From assembly GCA_018695135.1 (NCBI GenBank), contig JABHOV010000051.1, positions 1-60,959 on the forward strand: a DNA stretch of 60,959 nucleotides, given 5' to 3'. Shown here piece by piece: positions 8,797 to 16,090 of this stretch. This stretch comes from Candidatus Melainabacteria bacterium (GTDB taxonomy: Bacteria; Cyanobacteriota; Vampirovibrionia; LMEP-6097). Within the stretch, counting starts at the first letter, position 1. Each line of letters starts with the position of its first letter. Position numbers and translations under genes: made by a program. Under the pieces are notes generated by a model. That model was given only the letters and a program-made list of their open reading frames with translations. It was not told where the DNA came from and searched no databases.

Positions 8797-10767
8797 ATGA
8801 ATTCCAAAGCAACAGCAGAATCCTTAACAATCAAGCTACCTGATGGTTCGACCAAAGAACTTGGTGCAAAGAGCACAGGTTTAGATCTTGCTAAAGCTAT
8901 TTCTAGTTCACTTGCCAAAAAATCTATTGCTATAGAAGTGAATGGAGATTTGCTTGATTTGAGCACTGCGCTTAATGATGGTGACGAAGTTAAGATTGTT
9001 ACGGTTGGTGATAAAAAGAGCTATGAAGTTTTGCGCCATACGACTTCGCATATTTTGGCGGCTGTAGTTCAAAAGAAATATCCTAATGCCAAGGTTGGAG
9101 TTGGTCCAGCTACAGAGAATGGTTTCTTTTATGATTTTAGGATTGATGATTATAAGATCACAGATGAAGACTTGCTTGAGATAGAAAAAGAAATGAAGAA
9201 GTTTGCTTCAGGTGCTTATACTTTGCAGCGAGAGTTTATTGCAGATGTTGATACTAGGCTCAAAGAGTTTCGTGCGATTGGCGAGAACTACAAGGCTGAA
9301 TTGTTAGAAGAGCATCGTGATGATAATCCATCAGAATATTTTTTCTTGGATAATAACGGTGGCAAGGTTTGGTCAGACTTTTGCCGTGGACCACATTTGC
9401 CTAGTACTAAATTCATTAAGTCAGTCAAACTTACTACTGTCTCTGGCGCTTATTGGCGCGGGGATGAAGCAAAGGATGTGATGCAAAGGGTTTACGGCAC
9501 TGTTTGGTGGAATGATGAAGAACTTGAGCAGCACATGAAACGCAAGGAAGAAGCCGAGAAGCGTGATCATCGCCGCCTTGCTCGCACCATGGATTTATTT
9601 TCGATACATGAAGAAGCAGGTGCAGGACTTATTCACTGGCATAGTAAGCTAGCCACTGTAAGAATGGAGCTTGAAGATTTCTGGAAAAAAGAACACCGCA
9701 AAGCTGGTTATGAGTTTGTCGTTACTCCACATATTGCAAAGACAGAGCTTTGGGATATTTCTGGACATAATTCTTTCTACAAGGACAATATGTACTCACT
9801 TCAAGTTGATGATCAAGAATATATTCTTAAGCCAATGAATTGCCCGTTCCATGTTTTGATTTTCAAAGACAAGAAACACAGTTATAGAGAGCTTCCGGTG
9901 CGTATGGCAGAGATGGGTACGGTTTACCGTAACGAGGCTAGTGGTGCGGTTCATGGTTTGGCTCGTGTTCGTGGTTTTACTCAGGATGATGCGCATATTT
10001 TTTGTACTCGCCAGCAATACGTTGAAGAGATCCAAGGTGTTTACAAGCTAGTTGAAAAGATCTATGGAATTTTGGGGCTTGAATTTACTGTTGAAGTCTC
10101 TACTAAACCAGAGAAAGCAATTGGTGATGATAGTCTTTGGGAATTTGCCGAGGCTGGTTTAAAGCAAGCTCTCAACGAGCTTGGCGCGACTTATGATATT
10201 AATGCTGGTGATGGTGCTTTCTATGGTCCCAAGATTGATTTTCAATTAAAGGACGCGATTGGTAGAGTTTGGCAAGGTGCAACTATTCAGCTTGATTTCA
10301 ATTTACCAGAAAGATTTGATTTGACTTACAACACTGCTGATAATGAAACAGAAAGACCTGTGATGATCCATAGAGCTATCTTTGGATCTATAGAAAGAAT
10401 TTGTATGGTTTTGATTGAGCATTTTGCTGGAGCTTTTCCAACTTGGCTTGCAGCTGATCAAGTAATGCTGGTTCCTGTTGCTGATAAACATAATGCAGCA
10501 GCACAAAAAATTGCTGATGAATTAATCGATAATGATATTAGAGCCAAGGTTGATACCAGAGCTGAGCGCATGAATTACAAGATTAGAGATGCTCAAGAGA
10601 AACAAATTCCTTATATGCTTGTTATTGGAGACCAGGAAATTGAGAATAACGAAGTTAGTGTAAGATACAGGCGAGATAATAAACAAAAAACTATGCCAGT
10701 TAGTGAATTTATTCTGCAAATACGGGAAGAAATTAAGAAGAGAAGTTTAGACAGCTTCCTTGATTAA
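8797..10767 (+). CDS. thrS: Threonyl-tRNA synthetase
   Basis: 656 aa. N-terminal TGS-like region, class II core and anticodon-binding C-terminus. Typical ThrRS strings include RDHRRLA..DLF and FTQDDAHIFC. Confidence 0.95.
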   Translation: MNSKATAESLTIKLPDGSTKELGAKSTGLDLAKAISSSLAKKSIAIEVNGDLLDLSTALNDGDEVKIVTVGDKKSYEVLRHTTSHILAAVVQKKYPNAKVGVGPATENGFFYDFRIDDYKITDEDLLEIEKEMKKFASGAYTLQREFIADVDTRLKEFRAIGENYKAELLEEHRDDNPSEYFFLDNNGGKVWSDFCRGPHLPSTKFIKSVKLTTVSGAYWRGDEAKDVMQRVYGTVWWNDEELEQHMKRKEEAEKRDHRRLARTMDLFSIHEEAGAGLIHWHSKLATVRMELEDFWKKEHRKAGYEFVVTPHIAKTELWDISGHNSFYKDNMYSLQVDDQEYILKPMNCPFHVLIFKDKKHSYRELPVRMAEMGTVYRNEASGAVHGLARVRGFTQDDAHIFCTRQQYVEEIQGVYKLVEKIYGILGLEFTVEVSTKPEKAIGDDSLWEFAEAGLKQALNELGATYDINAGDGAFYGPKIDFQLKDAIGRVWQGATIQLDFNLPERFDLTYNTADNETERPVMIHRAIFGSIERICMVLIEHFAGAFPTWLAADQVMLVPVADKHNAAAQKIADELIDNDIRAKVDTRAERMNYKIRDAQEKQIPYMLVIGDQEIENNEVSVRYRRDNKQKTMPVSEFILQIREEIKKRSLDSFLD

Positions 10768-10782
10768 ATTGGGAGATTTATC

Positions 10783-11397
10783 GTGGCCAGCAATAATTCT
10801 GATGAAGACAAAACAGTAATGTGTCTTGGCGCTCCTTTGCCAAAAGAAATTTTTGAGGAGCTAAAAAAAATCCATCGCCCACAAATTGGAGGTATTCGTT
10901 GGAATGATCCACGTAATTGGTTTATTAATTTCCAAAGTTTTTTTAAAGCAAGACCAGAGCTTGATATGAAAAAACTTAAAAACGCTTTGACTGAAAAGAT
11001 CTATTACCCATATTATCCGATACTTTTGCAACCCAGAGATTTGGTTTTATCTCCGACTAATGCGAAGCCAAGAAGTTTGGAATGGAAATTTGATATTCTG
11101 AAACTCAAAGATCCGAATGCTAAGATACAAGATCAAATCACTGGTTTAACGAATGCAATGCAACAGGTTTTGAAGGAATGTACATCTTTACATCAAACTA
11201 TGGAATGTAACCCTTCTTTAATTTGGGCAAGGATTCCTGAATCAATGCACCAACAACCAGAACAAATGAAGGCATTAGAAAAGCTAGTGCACACGACCAT
11301 GGATGAAAAACAATTCTATTTAGAGAAGCTGTATATGGTTATGGTGACGAGGGATGAGTTTGGGTTGGACTATGACTATACCATTATCGAAGAATAG
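10783..11397 (+). CDS. Hypothetical protein
   Basis: 204-aa ORF with a GTG start 15 nt after thrS. No motif recognised. Its stop codon TAG is the first triplet of the palindromic element 11395-11601. Confidence 0.5.
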   Translation: MASNNSDEDKTVMCLGAPLPKEIFEELKKIHRPQIGGIRWNDPRNWFINFQSFFKARPELDMKKLKNALTEKIYYPYYPILLQPRDLVLSPTNAKPRSLEWKFDILKLKDPNAKIQDQITGLTNAMQQVLKECTSLHQTMECNPSLIWARIPESMHQQPEQMKALEKLVHTTMDEKQFYLEKLYMVMVTRDEFGLDYDYTIIEE

Positions 11398-11601
11398 TAA
11401 TTAAGCTCACTTTGTTCGCGGTTGCGTTCGCTTTGCTCACTGGTTGTGTTCGCCTTTCAGGCTCTCTGTTTGCTTCGCTGCCTCTTTCAATGTTATTTAC
11501 TGTAAGAGGCAGGAGCTTTAGCTCCGCAAGCAGCGAACAATAGAGAGCGCAACCAGTGAGCAAAGCGAACGCAACCGCGAACAAAGTGAGCTTAATTACT
11601 A
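11395..11601. repeat. Family B palindromic element, complete copy (about 207 bp, arms about 52 bp)
   Basis: TAGTAATTAAGCTCACTTTGTTCGCGGTTGCGTTCGCTTTGCTCACTGGTTG pairs with its reverse complement at 11550-11601. The interior is also largely self-complementary. The element lies between convergent genes. Confidence 0.8.
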
Positions 11602-13104
11602 TTTTTTCAACGACTTTTTATAACGTTCAACTTCTTCTTGTCTAATCACCAAGTCAAGAATAGTACTGGATCCAACAGGATCTTGCAAGCCGCCTTGAAC
11701 AATTGTAATCAGCATGTCCTGCATACAAAACTGTGAAAGATATTTTTCGTTTTGTTCAGGGATTATGGTTTGAATTACTACTGCCTTGTTATCAATTAAG
11801 TATTTGCCTAAAGCAATAATGTGATTGTCGATTAATGATTGATGGTTAGATTGCCCAACTAGGTCATCAAGACAATCAAGTGATTTGCTGTTGACATGGT
11901 CTTGAGCTGGTTTGCCCCAGTAGATTTGTTCAAGAACAAGTTTATTGTCTTTTTTGAATAATAATTCCAAGTCAGAGTGATGGTTAGCTGTTCCAACACC
12001 AGGTACTTGAATCGTTGAAGCAACTCCTGTCTTGTTGAGTGATTCACCTTTGAGCTGGGCTCTGAATTTATTTAGTGCTTCAAAAGAATCTGCGTAAACC
12101 ATACTGTAACGATTTTGCAGTCCTTTTTGAGTTAGTAAAATATCAAGAGCTGCTATTTTAGCTGCTTCAGATTCTTGAATTGATTGAGCAGCTTTGAAAT
12201 CCTCAAAGACATCTGCTGCTGCTTTGATCATTGCATCTGAATCAAGTCCCATTAATTCAGCAGTGAACATGCCAACTGGCGAGAACATTGAAAAACGTCC
12301 GCCAATATTAGGGTCGTTTGCCAGGAATGGAGGCTCTGTTCCTGTCTTAGCCTTGAGTTCAGTTCTTAGGTCATGTAAGAAATTCTTTTTACCTTCGCGA
12401 GCTGGTTCGGTGATGAATACAGATTGAGCTGCAAATTTAGCATGACAGTTTTGTGATTCCTCGCGACAACTATCACCATTCGTGGAACTAGTGCTTTGCA
12501 CCGTTCCAACCTCTTTTGTGTCGACATCACTAGCAAAACTCTGTTTTGCAGGATGTCTATCCCAGTGATCAAGAATAGTTGCTACATTACGCCTCACTTC
12601 ATCAGTAGTACCTGATTTGGAAATGAAAACAAAAAGAGTAGAGTCTAAATCAATTGAATCTAGTCTTGCAAGTAAAGAACTTGGGTCTAAGTTATTTTGT
12701 ACCGTGAATTTGTTGCCGCTTGGAGTGAATTCATTTAGTGAGTTTTGTAAAACTAATGAATTGATTCCAGAACCACCCATGCCAACTATTAAGTAGTGCT
12801 GGTAATTCTTGGCGAGCATTGCTTTGGCTAATGCTTTAGTTTCTTGATTGGCTTCTAGTAGATAATCAAAGTCGAGCCATTTATAATATTCAAGTGGTTT
12901 AGCTCCATTTGCAGTAACAAGATTGTTTTGGACTTCTTTGAATTTAGCTTCTAGTGAAGAAAGAAGTTGGTCGTAGTCGGCTTGGTGTAGAGCGACTGCG
13001 TTGTCAATATTGCTTAGTTTCTTGGTTAGTGTTTTGGTCATGCATGGAATTATACCAGCCAAGCTTAACCCTGTTATAATCTCAGTATTATGCGGATTCA
13101 TCAT
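11599..13104 (-). CDS. pgi: Glucose-6-phosphate isomerase carrying an in-frame repeat-element insertion
   Basis: PGI signatures GMGGSGI, ISKSGTTDE and NIGGRFSMFSPVG are present. A segment of about 37 aa (RHPAKQSFASDVDTKEVGTVQSTSS...) corresponds to repeat family A. Confidence 0.88.
   Translation of the reverse strand: MMNPHNTEIITGLSLAGIIPCMTKTLTKKLSNIDNAVALHQADYDQLLSSLEAKFKEVQNNLVTANGAKPLEYYKWLDFDYLLEANQETKALAKAMLAKNYQHYLIVGMGGSGINSLVLQNSLNEFTPSGNKFTVQNNLDPSSLLARLDSIDLDSTLFVFISKSGTTDEVRRNVATILDHWDRHPAKQSFASDVDTKEVGTVQSTSSTNGDSCREESQNCHAKFAAQSVFITEPAREGKKNFLHDLRTELKAKTGTEPPFLANDPNIGGRFSMFSPVGMFTAELMGLDSDAMIKAAADVFEDFKAAQSIQESEAAKIAALDILLTQKGLQNRYSMVYADSFEALNKFRAQLKGESLNKTGVASTIQVPGVGTANHHSDLELLFKKDNKLVLEQIYWGKPAQDHVNSKSLDCLDDLVGQSNHQSLIDNHIIALGKYLIDNKAVVIQTIIPEQNEKYLSQFCMQDMLITIVQGGLQDPVGSSTILDLVIRQEEVERYKKSLKK
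12450..12558 (-). mobile_element. MITE-like element, family A, copy inside the pgi coding sequence (right end diverged)
   Basis: The reverse complement reads AGACATCCTGCAAAACAGAGTTTTGCTAGTGATGTCGACACAAAAGAGGTTGGAACGGTGCAAAGCACTAGTTCC..., colinear with 6707-6817. Confidence 0.7.
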
Positions 13105-13142
13105 AGATTTGCTGCGAAAATCCCATTTGCCCTACTCATCGG
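13105..13142 (-). mobile_element. Truncated family A element (right-end fragment) abutting the pgi start codon
   Basis: AGATTTGCTGCGAAAATCCCATTTGCCCTACTCATCGG aligns with the reverse complement of the right end of the other copies (AGAGTTCCTGCGAAAGTTCCCTTTATCTTTACTAACGG). Confidence 0.5.
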
Positions 13143-13278
13143 CTGTTTGATTGGTGCAAGTCCAGTAAGTGCGAAACTTAGTTTCTGGGATAGTATGATG
13201 CTCAATATCAAAAAATCTTTAACACCGTCTGAATTTATTTGCGATAAATACGAAGAATGAGCTTATGAGACTCGGGTT

Positions 13279-13485
13279 TTGCGACCTGGCATGAAGCTAC
13301 CATTTACTGAACTTAAATCAAACACGCGTTATTGTATCGAATGGCAAGAAGCCCCAGATGCAGCAATCGGTAAGAGTTGTAAAAAATATGCCTATGAAAA
13401 CAGTTCGGGAACCGAAAATGAGCAGTTCTATCAAAAAGTGACTAGATACCGTACTGTCTGCGTTGAAGGGCATAATAGCCGTTAA
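13279..13485 (+). CDS. Small hypothetical ORF (68 aa)
   Basis: Only an ORF call, with no motif. A terminator-like hairpin on the same strand lies 150 nt downstream. Confidence 0.2.
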   Translation: MRPGMKLPFTELKSNTRYCIEWQEAPDAAIGKSCKKYAYENSSGTENEQFYQKVTRYRTVCVEGHNSR

Positions 13486-13632
13486 TCCTTGCTATTATGA
13501 CGAATAATGCCCATTGAAGCGAAGAGCTAGTTCTTTTGGATTAGAACTTTCATTGAAAAATAGACCATTTAATGGATACAAATATTATCAGGTTTGGGAT
13601 TGAATATAATATTACGTCAGTACATACCCCGT

Positions 13633-13681
13633 AAACAGCAACGCTCTTAACCCCATAAGAAAGTTGCTGTTTCTTTTTTTT
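13633..13681 (+). terminator. Rho-independent terminator-like hairpin
   Basis: AAACAGCAAC...GTTGCTGTTT stem (10 bp with an inner CTTA/TAAG extension), followed by CTTTTTTTTT. Confidence 0.6.
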
Positions 13682-14054
13682 GCGCTCATTTTAAACTCCA
13701 ATTGCGTCGTTATGCAAGTCCTCATTGGCTAGAGCCAACTTCGAACACGCCCCTATTGGGGGCTTTGCATGTCTCGCACTTGGAGCTTATAATGGCGCAA
13801 AACTGAATAATGCTGGATCCCGTCGTAGCAAAGTAAAGACGGAAAAGGAAAGCCAGCTAGCAGGTCAAACTGCTAACTGACTCGAACAAATCCAAATCAA
13901 GCTAACCAAAGGCAATAAATTAGTTTGATTTTGGATATACAATAGAGTCGTTGAGAAAGGGCAAGCCCATTCGTAACAACTCTACCCAAACCTACGGTTT
14001 TGTAGATTTGTGTTAGACCTGATTAAACTCAAGCTGTGCTTTCGTAACAGGTCT
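13681..14054 (+). ncRNA. Candidate structured RNA or repeat-derived region, class unknown
   Basis: No ORF of 60 aa or more in any frame. A 25-bp outer stem pairs 13681-13706 with 13775-13799, followed by consecutive hairpins. An internal CTTATAAT box sits at 13786-13793. No known RNA family motif was recognised. Confidence 0.25.
13786..13793 (+). promoter_or_regulatory. -10-like box (CTTATAAT) inside the ORF-free structured region
   Basis: Same box type as the gene-proximal GCTATAAT boxes. No plausible ORF lies downstream. Confidence 0.25.
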
Positions 14055-14182
14055 TGGTCAAATTGAAAATGGAAATGAAAATGTAACTTATATACTTATT
14101 AGGCCACAAATCGACATGTTTATAACATCAAAAAGATCAAATTAATGAGAATTAATTTTGCCTAGGCCTTTCGCTGGGCACG

Positions 14183-15058
14183 CTAACTATAGTGAACCAG
14201 TTTCTTGGAACTATAAAACGCCATCGAACTTGCAGCTAAGACAATTATAAAAAGTAACCAAGCAAGTGAAGAAGCGTAGCCCATGCGAAAGTCATCAAAG
14301 GCTGTCTGGTAGGTGTATAGCGAGTAGAACATTGTTGAGTTTTGTGGACCACCACTAGTCATCACATAGGCAGGTACAAAATATTGAAAGACTTGAATGA
14401 TTCCTATTACTACATTGAAAAAAATAGTTGGCGATAAAATTGGTAGCGTAATATGAATGAACTTCTCTAGTTCAGTTGCTCCATCTATTTCTGCTGATTC
14501 ATAAAGTGACTCAGGAATATTTTGCAAGCCGGCTAAATAGATGAGCATGGGATTACCTAGTGACCAAAAGCTCATAATAATTAGTGCTGGCAAAGCCCAA
14601 TGAGGGTCGCCAAGCCAAAGCGGACCTTGAATATGGAAGATAGCTAGAAACTGGTTAATCAGCCCGCTAGCATCGCCTTTGAAGATCCAGATCCAAGCAA
14701 CACTGGATGCCACTATCGGAACTACGCTCGGTAAATAAAGACAACTGCGATAGAAGCTGCGCCCTTTGACTTTTTGATTTAGCAAGATTGCCATTGCTAA
14801 AGCAATCATGCTACCAAGTGGCAAACTAATAATCGCAAAGATCAGAGTTACTTTTAAGGAAGCAACTAGAGTCTTGTCTTGAAGCATTTCGATGTAATTA
14901 GCAAGTCCGGTAAATTCGGCGCTGCCAATGCCATCGTAGTGAGTAAAGGAAAGACAGAGACTTGCAATAATTGGTCCAAGTAAAAAAACTACTAGCCCAA
15001 TGATCCACGGACTAAGAAAAAAGACTGCAGTCAAGGGTCTATGGCGTAGGCTTGGCAT
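14183..15058 (-). CDS. ABC transporter permease (MalF/UgpA-type, carbohydrate-uptake family)
   Basis: 291 aa with six predicted TM segments. EAA-loop-like ESAEIDGATELEKFIHITLPIL. Confidence 0.85.
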   Translation of the reverse strand: MPSLRHRPLTAVFFLSPWIIGLVVFLLGPIIASLCLSFTHYDGIGSAEFTGLANYIEMLQDKTLVASLKVTLIFAIISLPLGSMIALAMAILLNQKVKGRSFYRSCLYLPSVVPIVASSVAWIWIFKGDASGLINQFLAIFHIQGPLWLGDPHWALPALIIMSFWSLGNPMLIYLAGLQNIPESLYESAEIDGATELEKFIHITLPILSPTIFFNVVIGIIQVFQYFVPAYVMTSGGPQNSTMFYSLYTYQTAFDDFRMGYASSLAWLLFIIVLAASSMAFYSSKKLVHYS

Positions 15059-15060
15059 AA

Positions 15061-15813
15061 TTAGTTGCGCAACAAGGATTGAATAGAGAAAGCAGTCGCT
15101 TCTTTGTTTGCTCTTGCAATACTGTCAGTCAGAGGGATATCCTTTGGACAGGCCTTCACACATTCTTGTGCGTTACCACAATTGTTGAGACCGTTTTCAA
15201 TTAGTGCACTAGTTCTTTCATCCTTAGTGCTTTGACCATTGGGGTGGCTATTAAACAATACTGCTTGTGAGATTGCTTGAGCTCCAATAAAACCATTGTC
15301 GTTTGTCCATTGCGGGCAAGCTTCCAGGCAGCAACCACAAGTCATGCAACGACTGAGGCTATAGTTTTCTTCTTGGATACTTGGATCAACCCTTGGTCCT
15401 TCACCTAAGTCATAGACACCGTCTACTTGAATCCAGGCTTTGACTTTTTTGAGAGCTTCAAACATATTGGATCTATCAACCATCAAGTCGCGTTGAACAG
15501 GAAACTTGGTCATTGGTGCAATAGAAATTGGATGAGATAAATTATCAACTAGCGCTGTGCAGGCTTGCTGAACTTTGCCGTTGATTACCATTGTGCAAGA
15601 ACCGCAAACCTCTTCAAGGCAGGCAGATTCGAAACTGACTGGTGTGGCATCTTTGCCTTGGGTATCTTTGGGGAATTGTCTTGTCGCCATGAGTAATGAA
15701 ATTACATTCATTCCATGCTCATATGGCACCTCAAATTCTTGGTTATATGATTTAGACTCTGGGCAGTCTTGCCTCTTAACCTTGAATTTGATTCCCTCTG
15801 TTTTATTCGTCAT
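15061..15813 (-). CDS. sdhB: Succinate dehydrogenase/fumarate reductase iron-sulfur subunit
   Basis: Cys clusters CLEEVCGSCTMVINGK....C, CMTCGCCLEACP and CGNAQECVKACP. Start chosen at MTNKTEG (15813), because the longer ORF runs into the inverted repeat. Confidence 0.85.
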   Translation of the reverse strand: MTNKTEGIKFKVKRQDCPESKSYNQEFEVPYEHGMNVISLLMATRQFPKDTQGKDATPVSFESACLEEVCGSCTMVINGKVQQACTALVDNLSHPISIAPMTKFPVQRDLMVDRSNMFEALKKVKAWIQVDGVYDLGEGPRVDPSIQEENYSLSRCMTCGCCLEACPQWTNDNGFIGAQAISQAVLFNSHPNGQSTKDERTSALIENGLNNCGNAQECVKACPKDIPLTDSIARANKEATAFSIQSLLRN

Positions 15814-15822
15814 TACAAAGAA

Positions 15823-15830
15823 ATAATAGC
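15823..15830 (-). promoter_or_regulatory. -10 box (GCTATTAT on the minus strand) 9 nt upstream of the sdhB ATG
   Basis: The minus strand reads GCTATTATTTCTTTGTAATG, with no SD. Confidence 0.3.
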
Positions 15831-15855
15831 AACAATTTGGGTTTTTGCCACACGG

Positions 15856-16064
15856 TAGCCACACACGTCTCAACCTTTACCACTTTTTGAGATAAGATCC
15901 CACCCGCTGCGTGACATACGCCACTTTTAAGATAAAAAGTGCCTTTGCCAGGTCCAACATGGAAATACCAATGTGGTATGTTATTTATCTTGAAAGTGGC
16001 GTATGTCACGCAGCGGGTGGGATCTTATCTCAAAAAGTGGTAAAGGTTGAGACGTGGGTGGCTA
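15856..16064. repeat. Large near-perfect inverted repeat (81-bp arms, 47-bp spacer)
   Basis: 15856-15936 is the reverse complement of 15984-16064 with about 2 mismatches. It produces mirror-image spurious ORFs on both strands (MTYATFKI...GVCHAAGGILSQKVVKVET). Confidence 0.9.
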
Positions 16065-16076
16065 AACTTTATCTGC

Positions 16077-16084
16077 GCTATAAT
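16077..16084 (+). promoter_or_regulatory. GCTATAAT -10 box 6 nt upstream of the ATG at 16091
   Basis: GCGCTATAATATCTTAATG, with no SD. Confidence 0.4.
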
Positions 16085-16090
16085 ATCTTA

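Noticed and set aside
10783-11397. 2H phosphoesterase (LigT-like) assignment for the ORF after thrS
   Set aside because: The two HxT/S motifs that define the family are not present. The ORF is left as hypothetical.
11395-11601. CRISPR-like array suggested by recurring CGCAACC / GTGAGC motifs here and at 50.7-51.9 kb
   Set aside because: The motifs are inverted rather than direct repeats, they lack regular spacers, and no cas genes are present. They belong to palindromic repeat family B.
13681-14054. Possible tmRNA (smpB is 4 kb away), RNase P RNA or SRP RNA in the structured region
   Set aside because: There is no tRNA-like acceptor/T-arm with a CCA end and no plausible tag ORF ending in Ala-Ala. 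The string GGAAAAGGAAAGCCAGC resembles neither the RNase P GAGGAAAGUCC motif nor the SRP domain IV motif closely enough. The region is kept only as an unclassified candidate.
15803-16090. Mirror-image ORFs (15803-16009 on the minus strand and the first 60 codons of 15911-18301) that both start MTYATFKI... and share GVCHAAGGILSQKVVKVET
   Set aside because: They are translations of the two arms of the 81-bp inverted repeat, not paralogous genes. Better starts exist at 15813 (sdhB) and 16091.
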